A program made the position numbers and the translations under genes. The notes under the pieces are model-generated. The model was not told where the DNA came from, made no database searches, and saw only the letters and a program-made list of their open reading frames with translations. A stretch of 64,000 nucleotides of DNA from Chiloscyllium plagiosum (lineage: Eukaryota): the NCBI RefSeq assembly GCF_004010195.1, contig NC_057751.1, forward strand, positions 17,327,960 to 17,391,959, written 5' to 3'. Below, one piece after another: positions 37,882-51,476 of the stretch (positions within the stretch are counted from its first letter, which is position 1; every line of letters begins with the position of its first letter).

Positions 37882-39371
37882 TGAGAGAGAAAGAGCTGTC
37901 AAAGATAGAAGAAAGTTGAACCCTTTGTGATTCTGTTTGAATTCATATTTGTTTGTTAGTGATTGAATGTTTGTCCTTCCAGCTCAAGATCCAGAGCTGT
38001 TTTGAATCTGGTTTGCATTTTGGAAATTTAACATGATTACTTTTAAGTTTAAGGACCCTTAAGTGATTATGAAATAAAATATTAACTCCTGTTCTTTTTA
38101 CAGGTCATGACTGTCCCACTTTCACTTTCTAACTAATCTCCTTTATCCTTACATGAAAGCCAACCTTGTTCAATTTGAAATCAGTTTAATATCGAGGAAG
38201 ACAACATTGTAACCTTTTTTTGTTTCAGAAACGTTTGCTTCAACTTAATATTTAGACTGCTGTGCTTTATTGGCGATTATTGGTTAGGAAAGTTGTAATC
38301 TTTTGGAGGGAGTCCCTCAATGACAATTGATGTCTCAGTTCAACATTAGCTTGTGATAAATCATCTAAAAATTAATATCCTTTGATTAATATCCGTGTCT
38401 TTGGATTCGGCTATTATTCGTGCATTATAAGTTCTTTTTTCATTGAGTAGACAAAACCTCTTCAGGAAGCTCCAGTTATTTCATGATCTTTAGCATTGTA
38501 ATTGAGCCATGACTGGTCAGGACTACTCTAGAATTCTAATTTTTGATTTAAATTAAGGGACTAAATTTAACTATGATGAGTTTCAAAGCTGGGAACGGTG
38601 TGCATTTTACATTTTAAATATAATATACTGAATAAATGCATTTCCAATATATGTATTTATAAAATAAAAAGAAAATATGCTACTCAGATATATATAGTAA
38701 AAAATAATGACCATTGATATATTACCACAGGGAAGATCTGCTCTCAAAACAAGACAAAGAGAACTAAGCTCTGTTGATTCTCTAATGTCCACAAGAATAA
38801 ATGAAAACTTATCTTCCATAATCTTCTTCAGCTGGATCCCCACTCAGACAAACATAAATTGATAAATTGGTTAAATAAGGTTAAAATACAAATAGCGGCG
38901 TGCAGATCAATTGGAGAAGAGAAGAAGAATAAAGCAGCAAAGTACAGGTTTTGAAATGATTTCGTCACTTGCTGGTTTCCACCCTGAATTACAGATAATG
39001 AGTATTTTAATGTATTATTTTATTTATTATTACATTTACCATGATTTATATTATATTGAATAAATCAATTGTATTAGTCCAAATCAAAGTTAATTGACAG
39101 GATTTCTTCACATATTGTCGGTGAACTGTAATATTAATTAATATTTAATTTGAAACATAGCTGCATTAATTCATTGGTATTTAAAGAATGAAAAGCTACC
39201 TTACTGGCCAGTTGAATAATGTGGGAGATAGATATATAATAAAGCAACAATACTGTAAATTGTAAATACTGTAAACAATACTGTAACTTAGATTCTTCTC
39301 AGAATCCCGAGCCTTTGTCTGGCATACCGACCATCTTTGAGGATCAGGATTTTGCCGTTAAATATGTGCTG

Positions 39372-39662
39372 AACCTGGTGCTTCAATTGTTAGCACTACT
39401 GCCTCACTGCAGCCAGGTTCCTGGTTTCAATGCCAGCCTTAGGCTACTGTCTGCGTGGAGTTTGCACATTCCCCCTGTGTCTGCATGGGTTTTCTCCAAG
39501 TGCTCTTGTTTCTTCCCGCAGTCCAAAGATGTGCGTATCAGGTGAATTGATCATGCTAAATTGCCTACAGTCTTAGTGAGAGGAAAATGGGTCTGGGTTA
39601 ATTCCTCCTGATGGATCAGTGTGAACGTTTTGGGCTGAAGGGCCTGTTTCCACACTGCAGGA
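39372..39662 (+). mobile_element. tRNA-derived SINE (mirror of 9626-9912)
   Basis: Family match. Confidence 0.85.
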
Positions 39663-41379
39663 AATGTAATCATCCCCTGACTGTCATCAGCCTTAATTTA
39701 AACCATCCACTTATTGTTAACGTTTCCTTCTTTTGAAAGTGAAGTAACCATTCTTCATAGCCGATGTTATGGGGATGAGTGTCCTCCAACATCCTAAACC
39801 GAGTCCCACCCCGGGAACCAGAGTTATGTTAATGAAGCATGTCTCCAACTGCAAGACCAAACCGGCCAAATTTGCTCAATATGTCCGAGAGTGATACGAA
39901 TGTAAATACAGTAAAATTCTGGGAGTAACATAAATACGAATGGCTTTATTTACATGAATGAAAGATGCACCTATCTGTCTGATGGAAGTGATAATCAATT
40001 GAACAGTAATCTACAAGCTCAATTACCTTTATTTCACCCGATGTTTTTGCAATGTCTTCTGCCTGGAGTAACTATCAGGATGCAGACCAACACGAAGAAC
40101 CAGTCCAGGAATTTCCAGTCGCAACTGAGATGAGCAGTGGATTTCTATGTTATGGCCCGAACCGGACTGAACCATGATGCAAGTTACAAATAAAACAAAT
40201 TGTATACACCGCCCTAGCGATCCAAAAGGCCGTATGCCAGCCCTGATAGGTTTGATTGGAATCAGGATACCTGCTGGGGGAGAAACCTAACTCATGTACA
40301 TCCCCAAAGACCAATGCTTGGCAAATTTTTCCCGAGAGGATCCTGAAAATGGGGACAGGCAGGCCCCAACATTTCAACTTTGAGACTGGCAACAAGACAT
40401 CAAAAACCCGAGGGGCAAATTCCTGGACTTGCTTTAACTGTTGAAATGTGACCAACTGGGAGTAATGTCTCTTCAATATTACACTGGAGCTTACATTTGG
40501 AATCGAAATGCTTTCATCCGATCAAAATCTACTAAAAAACACAGAATCTTCATGGTGCTTTTAATATGATCCACGATTTTGGAGCCTTGTGGGAACATTG
40601 AAGATTTTTAAGCCCAAGGGGGCGCCGTCATAGTAATAGTAGTTTGTTCAATCAATCTGACGATTATCAAGGCGTTCGGCTCATGCTAATGAAACTGATA
40701 CTGCTTCTAAAGTGGTGGGCAAGTATATGCAGCTCAAACTTCTGATCCCATTGGATCCCCAACAAAACACGGTTAGACACTGTAGAAGGATGGGTATTCC
40801 AGACCTGGGTGAAACGACTGACTGAATTATCAAATGATTTAATTTCATACATGGACGTTAAACCTAAATATCTTTGCTTTGTGTGTGGAGCTCATAAGAA
40901 TACACACTGGTTGATATTATTTATTTTTTAATTGTGCTGTTAGATCTAAGAAGGACTGTCTGGCTGAGCTGTTAACTTCACTTAGATATTCAATACTAAC
41001 CAGTGCTGGTTTATAATTTTAAGATTGTACCAATGTATAAATTCTAGGGTAAGGTAATATTTGAAAAATTATCAGTGTTATTGGAAAGCATTTTATCATG
41101 TTCCCATATTTGAGGACAACGTTGCCCTCCAGCTAATATTCATTGCCAAGTTTCTGCTCAAAAGCACCATTGGGTTTCTACACTTAATTCTAAATATTGT
41201 TATCTACAGTTGGAGACCAAAGCTATTTTTTGGAAAGGAGAATGCAATATATTGCTGATCTAATCTAAATTGTAGACAATATAAATGTTTTTAGTAGCAA
41301 CACTTCAAAGAGTATACATTCTAGGAAAGCTGGATTTATAAAAATAGGATTGCTTAATTCGTCCATGCCTGGGCTTTTC

Positions 41380-43553
41380 CATATAAAGTATGAAAATAAT
41401 GGGTAGGAAGGGAATCTCTAGTGCAGTTAATATGAACGAGCTTTTTGCCAGTATGGTAAACATGTTTACACCAGAGGGCAATTTGAGTTTGATTAATTTG
41501 AGAATTAATTATTTCAAAATTGCTCTTAGGGATTCTAGCCTGCCGAAGAGCACAAATTATAGCCTCAAAAAAGGTACACCCTCGATACACACACCAGAAT
41601 ATTGGTGATCTCAAACAGATTAGTTTGTGTTGCCTCTTTGCTGTTTCCAATTTTACAAGGTTATATATATATTGTATACACTTATATACAATATACAAGG
41701 AGGAAATGGTTTATACTTTATTACAATGGACACTCCGGCGTCTCCAAACTTGCGAGGTGGGAGATGACAAAGATCGAACTTGACCTGCTGTATGAACGTA
41801 CCATTGCCAGCATTCGTGCGGAGGAAGGGACACTTTACCAGTGCGATCCTGAGCAAAGAGAGACAGTGTACCAACTATGCCAGGAAGATGCTGTTACGAG
41901 CTGAAAGACTGAATGTCCCCAAGAATGACTTTTGCAGTGGTCAGCTGCATCAAAAAAGATGAACAGTTAATTTACAGAACAAGTCTAAATGGTCTTGACC
42001 CTGTTAAGGTTTTGCGTTCCAGTTTGATTACATTTGTACTATGGGCATCCCTGGCCAGCCTTGTCCCCTTTCAGATAGATCACGTAGCAAAAGAGACAAA
42101 GGGGAGTGGGGGATGTTATCCTTCACTAACAATTTGTTTCTAGAAACCGGTAATAAAATATTTGGATAGGATGAAGTATTTTGTTACGCCCTTACTTCAG
42201 CAAGAGACACCCTGGCCGCTTTTATCCAACCAAATCCTAACATGGAATAGTAGTACAGTATTGACAGGATGCAATATCTCTTTTGGTTATTACTTATTCC
42301 CACTTGCGACTTTTTATGGACTTCCTACAATAAATGCACAATATCCTATCCCAATTGTTACAATAGTAAGGGATGGGGATGCGCTCATGTAAGAGTTCCT
42401 AAAATTATTCTCAGTGCTATGATTAAATGTATTAGTCGTCACTGCTTTTCGGAAGGATCTCGCATCTCATGTATAAGCCTTAACGAAAAATGTATCCCTA
42501 TCTATATGGGAAGGGTAACAACACCCACATTCCTTATGATACCCCTCATGGCACTAATATCTTCCCAATTATTGAATGGGTAGAACCATTTTGGGATGCC
42601 AACCATATATCGTATTATGAAACTCACCTCATTTGATTAGACAATTCTCACCCTCAACACCAAGAGCCAAATTATGTAATCATGGATTATCCATATATCC
42701 CACGCAGTCACAAAGATAGGCCCGCTTCTTACTGGGAAGGTCTCTCTATCATCTATACTAAACTAGGATATTGTGTTTTTTTTCAGTTATAGTTAGTCCT
42801 GAATAGAGCAATTACCCCTCGGGCGGTAGCTGTAGGTACACATTTTCCAACTACTGTTCCCTGTCCAATTGCTTGGCAAGGGGATCACAATTCCACTTTT
42901 AAATGTTAAGTTTCTCCAGACCTCTGTGTGGAATGGAAGAATCCAAAGTCTATATCATGAAGTAAAGCACATTCATTGGCATATGCAACTCTTAGTGTTC
43001 TTTCATGATGAGGGTCTTCAGGAATTATTAGTCATCAAACCATAATTCTCTCATTTGTGGACTCAAGATTTGGTGAAATTAGACAACTGCTGCCTTAATA
43101 GAAATTAAGGACATGCTTTCAGAATTGCAACTATTGCCCAACAAAATTGATTACATACTTGAGAAGGAAGGTGGATTTTGCGCTATAATTAAAGAAAATG
43201 GCATTATCGGGGTCACTGATCTTATCAAAAACATGACTAAACATATTGATAATATTCACACTTTTATCAACCAGATGAACAATGATGCAGGATGGGGAGA
43301 TTGGGGTTTTGGGTCATGGTACAACTAACTAATGAAGATGGCTATGCATGGTGCTATTGATTCAATTGGTCTTTTTGTTGGTATTGCTACAGTTAAGTGT
43401 ATTATTGCTAAAATATTAACGTCTATTAACAATATTGGTTCCAAGCAGAAAGTGCGTCTTATCCACTTAAATCATGATGAGGAATCATCAGTGCCTGCCC
43501 CTGGTTCCCATTTTGAGGAAGAGAAATTCTTCGCTGCTATTGAATTGGATTAA
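41380..43553 (+). pseudogene. env: ERV env remnant, copy 2
   Basis: ORF 43113-43328 DYILEKEGGFCAIIKEN...NMT...GWGDWGFGSW followed by membrane anchor IGLFVGIATVKCIIAKIL; mirror of copy 1. Confidence 0.75.
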
Positions 43554-43591
43554 TTTGATGCATGCCTTTATGGTGTGGTCATAGAATGACC

Positions 43592-43647
43592 AAAGGGGGT
43601 GGATGGGGGGTGGGGTGGGGTGGGGGGTGAGGCGGGGGGGGGCGGAA
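43592..43647 (+). promoter_or_regulatory. Polypurine tract, expanded into G-runs
   Basis: AAAGGGGGTGGATGGGGGGTGGGG...GGAA immediately 5' of the 3' LTR. Confidence 0.7.
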
Positions 43648-44299
43648 TTAGGATATAAAATTTGAATTTAGCCAACAAATACATGTAGATTTTTATTAAC
43701 CGCAAAATAGTTTCTCAAATTAAAAGAATACTATAAAATGGCTGAGAATACTGATTGAACTCTTTGAAGCTGCACTGTTGATTTGCATAATTAAGCTGAA
43801 ATTCAAAGATAGGGGACAATAGAGTTTTCATAAAATAAATACTGACACATTAATTGATCATTCGAGCTAACTTTGAACTGATACATGGCATCATAATTTA
43901 CGTAAATGAGATTTCTTTTCCAAGGAATATCATTCGAGTAACCTGTTGTCAATCATGTCAACATATTACAGCTGATTGGACATTTCTTGTAATTAAGAAC
44001 CCTTTCCCAGGAAAATCACTGGACTAACATGCTGTAAATCGTGTCACATTATTACATGTGATTGATCTTCCTTGTAATTAAGGCTATACTATCTCTTTAA
44101 AAAATCATACAAATAATGTGAAATTTTCAAATGTAATTGTGCAACTTCACCACGGAACACAGTGTTGTTTGATAGAATTGCGTCAAGTTACCTTAATTCC
44201 AATAACTCATGACCGTTGCTGTTTGAACAGTCTGCATTTGTCAATTATTTTGACCGATCTCGAACCAAGAGGTGCCTTTTGAGTGATCTTAGATCTTCA
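43648..44299 (+). repeat. ERV 3' LTR (copy 2)
   Basis: Follows the G-rich PPT, aligns with 34312-34838 and ends in CA. Confidence 0.85.
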
Positions 44300-47022
44300 A
44301 TGTGAGGTACATGGTATTCTGCAAGGTTTCCCATTTCTCTGTGGTGGATTCTCCATGTCGCGAGGCAATGAGTCCTTTCTAGAAACCTTCTGAACACTGT
44401 TACATAAGGTCTGGCTGGGAAGAATGGAAAAATGGCTTCCAGGGTGCAATACTGGAATGTAGGCCAGTCAGGGTAGCATGCAGGCAGCATCACAATGAAG
44501 AAAATGTGGGACGTGTGGCCACCAGTCAACATCGTCAGAAATTGTTTAGGAGGTGTGGCCCGCAGTGGTCATCAAAATGCAACACCCTGCAAAACAGCAG
44601 CATTCAACAAATTCTGCAATGGCAAATGTTGATGCATTTTTGAATGAGACAGACAGAAACACACTTCGCATTTGTGGTGAATGAAATATTGTACCAAGAT
44701 ACGTAGGTGTGTTAGGGCTGAAGGTGATCACAGCAATGGACATGTTTTTGAGTTTGGAAGATGTTAACGAAACGGACAGGACAAAGGTGGGGTCGTGCTG
44801 TGGGCGTAGTCGGAAAGTGCAGCGAAGGGATGTATGGTAAGGAGTGTTGGACTCACAGATGAATGGACATTGGTTTGAAAGAATGTACAGGTCTGGGTAT
44901 TGGAAAGGCCGGCATGAGAATATACAGATGCAGGAATGGCTAGACGAATTTGACGCATGTCAGGGTTGATACAAAGTTGAGAGCGTCGGTGTGATTGGCG
45001 CAGGTTAGAACAACGGGGAGGTGTGTTAGGGATGTTGGAAGCTGCAGAGAGAGTCACATATGCTGGTGTTTGCGACGATAACAGATATTAGAAGGCGGTA
45101 ACTGGAGATTAACTGGAGGAGTTACTGAGTGTTACTTCCAAGTACAGGTGTATGCAGCCAATGAACACTGTCGGTCAGGAAGAGGTTGCAGAAATATGGA
45201 GAACTTAACTGGTGGAGGAGTTACACAGATAGGAATGAAGAAGGAAACTGGGGAGATTGATATGTTTGCTGGTGGGATGGAGATAGTGAAGCACATGGGA
45301 AGCATTGTGAGGTCTGCATGGTGTAACTGAGACTGTGCGTGCTGCAGGCACTCGTCTCATTAGAGGAGATCAAAATGTTTCTCGGTGCTGGAGTTTTAAT
45401 AAATTGTAGATGTTTTCAAAGCTGGAGATGGGCATAGACAGCACCGTGTTATGGAGAACTTTAGAGACAGGTCCATTTTAAGGATAGTATCATAGATGGT
45501 CTGAAGTGCATTGCAGCGAACGGAAGGGCTGCAGGCGTTTGTGATGATGGCGATTTGACAACGAGTAGAGTGCTTTGGGACTTGCACACTCCAGCATGTT
45601 ACAGAAGTAAGGAGAAACAAAGTGACTCGAGGAGGCAATCAACATAAATCCGATAATAGAAGATTAGTAATTGCCACGTTTGGATAGGAAGAGGCATGCA
45701 GAGATTGATATAAAAGGGCAAGCTTATGTCATTCAGGATGATAGTTAATAGGGGGTCTGAGTGTGGGAAGTAAGCAGACGGGAATGACTGATGAGTGGGA
45801 CGTCATGACAGTTGGAGAACAGACAGCATCGAATTTGCTAAAGTCCAGTTACCACAGTGTGGAATCTCTGAGTTCCAGCAGTGACGTAATCGAGACTGGG
45901 GAAGAAATGCAATCTATGAAATTTTCAGCAACGAGACTGGTATCAATGTCATGAAAATGAAAAAGACTCGTCTAACTGAAAACCTTCTATTCAATTGCAG
46001 CTCGAAAAAGAACTTTCTGCAAAGAATATATTCTGAAAGTATTTATGCAGATGAAGATGGAGTAAGTGAACGGTCCTCAGTTTAGCTCTGAGTGACAGTC
46101 AACCCCTTACATGAATGGGGAACTCTATCATCCTCACATCTATGTGATGGACTATTATTTCACTTCCCAACTCATCTGCTTGCTGTGTAGAACCTGTAAC
46201 ACGGTACTTTCACACATGAAAAGCCCAGGTGTTCACTCAGGTGGACGGGTGACAGCAGTGAAAGGACCAGGATAGGGACAGAATGAAAATTAAGAACACT
46301 TGTTTCTCATTGTGAATTTTGTTGGAATGCAATTACACATGAAGATTTGCCGTATGCGCAACATTGTTTTTGTGAAGCTGTAATTGCTTTGCGTGAGTGA
46401 ATGTGAGTAGCTGAGAACTCGTGGAAGAGAATCTGTCGATCAGCTTCACTTCCTGTCCTGCGGGAGGCACTTCGACTGCTTTCCTGCCGTTTTTATATCT
46501 GGTCAACTGAACGTTCGTTGCACTGATAACTTTTCTGACACTTTTTGTAAATTTCAGCTCTCTAATAATCTCAGTTCAGCACGGGGATAGTTCAACTTCC
46601 TCAGTTTCAGAACAACTGGAGTCGATGTGGTGAAGGAAACTGATATTGATGCAAATGATCAGCCCTGATTTGTTTGAAAAGTCTGGCGAACTCAACAAGA
46701 TAAACGGTCTCCTTCTGCGCCTAATTCGTGTCTATTTATTCTCTCCAAGAATTATGTTTCCTCCTCTTCTGTTGTTGTGAAACTTTTTAAAGTGACTGCT
46801 TACTTCTCTTCATTCACTTCAGGTCATACCAGAGCCATCTGCCCTCCTTGGCCCCTTTCTATTTGGCATCTGACAACAGTTCTCAGTATTCCTCAGATTG
46901 TCCAACTTCCTGTCCCTAGTTGACAAAATCGCTCAGACATGTCCCGGATATTTTCTTCTTCTGAATCGAACACACTAAGTGCTGCTCAGTCAGTTGCTTT
47001 GATTTTTGTTTGATTGAATTTT

Positions 47023-47885
47023 TCAAGCAAAAATAGCTTCCAATGGATTCCTGAGCTTCTCTCTGAACTTGGACAGAGATGCCACATAAACAATGGTGTT
47101 CGTACAGCAATTCAAATTTCGCAGCATGTATGCAACTCTTTCAAATGCATATTCCCCATCCCTATCTAAAGGATCATCAATATCGAAATAATATAAAATA
47201 TATAACAGCCACAAAATTATGAAGTTTCCAGAAATGACGAAAAGTAAAATTATACACTGCCTTCTACTCTCCATCTCTGGGTCACTAGAATTTTCTCCAT
47301 TGCTCTGGCCCTTCAGAACTTTCCGGACTCGACTGGTCACTAAAATGTGTTTGACTGTCAGAGCGTTGAGGAGCAGAATTAAAAAGAAAGGGAATATTGG
47401 TGTTAGAATCTTCTCAAAGTTGTTAAATCCTCTCCATACAGGGTCATAATAGTATGCATCTGAATTCGAACAGTACCATGGTACATTGCCAATGATCTCA
47501 TATGGTTCAAACCTGAAGTAGACAGGAATATTTTTTAGAAAAAGCAGACAGCCGATTGTTGTGAGAACGACAGTTGCAGTTTTTTGAGTGCAGTATTTAA
47601 TTTTCAGTTTCTCACAACAAATGGTGACATATCGATCAAAGGTGAAAGCGATGGTGAACCAGACAGAACAGTCTATGAATAGACGGCGCAGAACAGCGTG
47701 AACAGAACACACAGGGGTAATGTCCAAGAATGATGGTGGGAAAAAATCATGTTTAATTCTTTTGAGTATGATCTCAATGACAACGACCAATAGATCCACC
47801 ACCGCCATGGCCAGCAGATAACGCCTGCTGCAGGAAGAGAGTCCACACTTACCCCGAAGTAGGATTCCAACCGTCGCTAAATTGA
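47023..47885 (-). CDS. GPR139/GPR142-like GPCR, copy 2, exon 2
   Basis: CAG acceptor; same 863-nt length as copy 1 exon 2; uninterrupted frame; 13 amino-acid differences from copy 1. Intron is 748 nt versus 1004 nt in copy 1. Confidence 0.92.
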
Positions 47886-48633
47886 CTGTAAGAGAGGGAG
47901 AAGGGAAAACAAAAATGATCAGTACAGACGAACATTCTCCATCATGGAAACTAAGTGGTAAAAGATGGATTTCATCAACACATGCAAGTCAAAGTATCAA
48001 TAATTTGAATTGACACAGCAGTAGCAGTTTCAGCAGTAGCAGACGGTATCAAATACATACTAGATGCAACTCAAAGGCAGGTGCCATTTGCTCCGAGGCT
48101 GTCGAACTATTGATGTTGTGGGGAATGAGCATTAAAGAAAGAAACTGTTAAGAGAGGGTGAACATTCTTCCTGAGCAAGCCAGAACTGGCAAGGAATGTT
48201 CATGTGTTCAGACAGCCATTGCCTCAGCTATAATATGTTCAATGGAATTGCATGTTGCTTTTCTTCAGCCCATGAGTTTTCTTGGAAATACATCTTTTTT
48301 AAAAAATAAATTTCTGTTTAAAACGAGTTTCTGAACCATAACGATTGAAACATAATATCCCAATTTCGTTCTATTCAATAACTGTACAAATGATTATAGT
48401 CCTTCACATAATATTCGTCAGAGACTATGTTCTACTCATGGAATAGTCCATCACTGTTGCAATAACATCGTGTGGAGAGATTGAAACAGTGACAGCAGCA
48501 GAATGAAACTGCTGAAGTATGTCCGGAATATTCGAGCTGATGTGCTGTTGAAGTAACATTCTTGCTCACTGGGTGACCGCAAAATCTAGGTCAGGCAGGG
48601 ATTTGATCAAAGTCAGTGATTATCTTCACTCAC

Positions 48634-48700
48634 CAGGAAAGCCAATGACGCCGAGCACCAGGTAGAATATTTTTCTCACTGTTCGAACCAGATCGCGCAT
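48634..48700 (-). CDS. GPR139/GPR142-like GPCR, copy 2, exon 1
   Basis: Reverse complement identical to 243-309; GTGAGT donor at 48633-48628. Confidence 0.88.
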
Positions 48701-51326
48701 TTTCAGTGGGCAGTAATGTGTCACTAACTTCTGCAGGCAATCCCCGTCAGTTTGAATCTATTGTGAACGATCAGCAGGATTTTAATTTTATGCTCATCGG
48801 TATCTCCACGGGGATATTTCTATTGCACAATATTCCAAATTGATGTTTTTTTCCTTCTTCAAAAGTGAGAACAAACAGATGACGACAGCTGAACTAATTC
48901 TCTGACACTGAAAAATAGTTAGCGTGTGGACTGAATTGGAAAAATCACAGACTCCCTCATGAATGACCGACACTGATCACATGAAATAATAAAACTGAAT
49001 TGGACACTGTGTCAATTTCCAATGGAAATGGCTCTTCAAATACTCCCCGTTCCATTTTGAAACCTCGTAATGATGACCTTCCCTCAATAACCAGTCAACG
49101 ACTGAATTTCAAGTACCAAACTCAGGCCTGCATTTTAGAGGACAGGTTTACCGCGCTCTTTAGTTCAAAAAAGGCAGCTAAATATTTCACAAAATAAAAA
49201 TGAGCAACACAGAATTCGCTATTTCCATTATCTTCTTCATATTTGTGACACATCGGATCAGTAAGTCTCACAACTCCTTATCTCTCCACAGTTACATCAC
49301 TCACTTCTCTTTCTGTTTCTTGATCATTTCTACCCCATTGAAGTAGCGTTCTTCCCGCTCTCAGTAGCTTTAATTCACACTTACCTCATGTTCTGTGAGC
49401 ACGGTAGTTCTCCATTATATGGACAATTACGTATTGCCAATTTCCTCAACTCTCTGTCTTCCATCGAGTGTCCATCGGTATAAAATCCCTGGGCGTCAGA
49501 GAAAAAAAACTGGAAGTGTAAATGTCTCAACCATTTCTCGAGAGTATTTCCCAACATTGGACAAACGTGATTTGTAATACCTCTAATCTCGAAAAGGTTC
49601 TGATTTATTCCGGTGCTTTGATGCACATTTCCATCCAAGGCACTGATAATACTTTTAGAAACATGAGACATTCTGCATGCAATCTCTGCCTCTACAGCTG
49701 TTTTAGAAGCAATCCAGTAATGATGCTTGCCTGGTTATCCATGAATTCCCTCTCTCCAAAATGAACATAGTGAGGGATAACATTGAATGGAAACCGAAGT
49801 TGTCGATTCAGACAAGTACAATCGCTCCAAGAGCAGTTCAGAGACTTAGATAATTACATACCTCCTGATTCCTCAATATTGTTCCACACTGACAAGTCGC
49901 AAGTTTGGTAGAATCATCCCCACTTGCCTGTATGGGTGCAGTTTCAACAAAGTGCAAGAAGCTCAATATTACCCATGTTTATGTACACCAATATCTTACT
50001 CCCACACAAAAAATAATCCTCCAGCTTGAGGACCCTTCAAAAATCGAAAATATTGTGCCTGATGGGAGAAGGCTGGGGAATCATCAGTCTGTGAATGTGA
50101 TTATGGTGACTGCAATAACGAGCTAGTTAGAATATGTTAGCATTTCGTGAACTCTGCCCGTCACATTATTACACGTGGATTGTGTAATACTGTGGAGAAT
50201 GTGAGGACTGTAGGTGATGGATTTGAGGGTCAAAAGTAACTGCTGGAAGAGGACAGCAGGTCAGCATCATCCGAGGAGCAGGAGAATTGACGTTTTGGGC
50301 ATAGGCCTTATACAGGAATACTGTGGCGTGTTCCCAGCAGGGAAAGTTGCACGGCGATGTTCAGTCAATGCTTCTGATTGCGTCTCTTGCTTCGACCTGT
50401 TAGCATTTTTTTTTGTTTTTGTGGGGCGCATTTGTATGTCGTGTTTGGATATGAGGTGAGGGGCCATTGTGAATGTTGTTTCCTGGGACTCTGAGATGTT
50501 TAGAGGTTGTTATGGGGAAGGAGAGTTTTCGTGCTGTTGGGATGGAGATAAGGGGCACGGGTGTCCACTATGTGGTTAATGAAGTGAGGCCACGTGTGGT
50601 TTTGGACATATGGATATTGGTCACCTTTTAACGATTAGTCTTAGGAACAGTCTTTATATTCAATGAAGGATTCAGTATCAATGGAACTGCAGTTCAGTGG
50701 TTTAGCATTCTGTTGAAATGTATCATCAGTGTTAGGCTGGATTCAGGGTTCAGTGTCATGTTTGTAGCATTAAGAGTACAGTGAATATTGAATTTGAATT
50801 ATAATTCTGTCAATGTTCGATTAGCAGTTCGGTTTAATGTTAGGAACAAGATTAATTTCCCGTCAATCTTAGATTTAGGGGAATCCGGGAGGGGTTAGCA
50901 TCAAGATAAGGTTGAGATCTGCACAGGGATAAGAGAATGAGAATTGGGTAGCTCATCCACATTTTATCTTGGGAGTGAGTTTCTGGAAGTTAGGTTCGTG
51001 ACACCGAAGAGCTAAAGACCTCAGGTAGTAAAGAAAAGTGGCTTGGAGGATCACTTACAGAGGTACTTTATTTGCACCCATTACACTTATCCTACTCGAT
51101 GTTGGAAGCCCTAAGCTTGCAAATTGCTATCAATGTCATTTTGATGAATTTCTGAACGGAATGGTATACACTGTTGTGGCTGAGAATTAGCTGTGGAGAG
51201 GGGAATGTCTCTGGGTGTGATGCCAGTTAAGTGGGTTTTTTTCTTCTGAATAGTGTCAAGATTTTTGAGTTTTGACGAAGCTGTACCATCCAGCTGAGTG
51301 GCAAGTATTGGATCACACATTTTACA

Positions 51327-51400
51327 TTTGCCCGATTCAGTCCCTTACTCATGTGATCCGGTCGACCGGATTTCATGAGTAAGGGACTGAATCGGGCAAA
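51327..51400. repeat. 74-bp spacerless palindrome
   Basis: 37-bp arms centred on GTC|GAC (51363/51364), 35 of 37 positions complementary. Confidence 0.95.
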
Positions 51401-51476
51401 ACCTCCCTGCGGCTGCAGTTGGAATACTGTGTGCAGTTCTGGTCATCGTAACAAAGGAATTATGCGACTGTACTGT

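Larger units (their letters stand above)
34312..44299 (+). mobile_element. Degenerate endogenous retrovirus, copy 2 (duplicated with the segment)
   Basis: Mirror of 4902-17405; ATGT flanks at 34308-34311 and 44300-44303; 3' LTR ends AGATCTTCA; purine tract precedes the 3' LTR. Confidence 0.88.
29884..48941 (-). repeat. Right arm of large inverted segmental duplication
   Basis: Colinear reverse complement of 1-21811 with substitutions and several indels; begins immediately after the N gap. Confidence 0.95.

Noticed and set aside
49381..49760. Possible further gene fragment
   Set aside because: Only a weak resemblance to a LINE RT C-terminal segment (EAEIACRMS); not enough to call.
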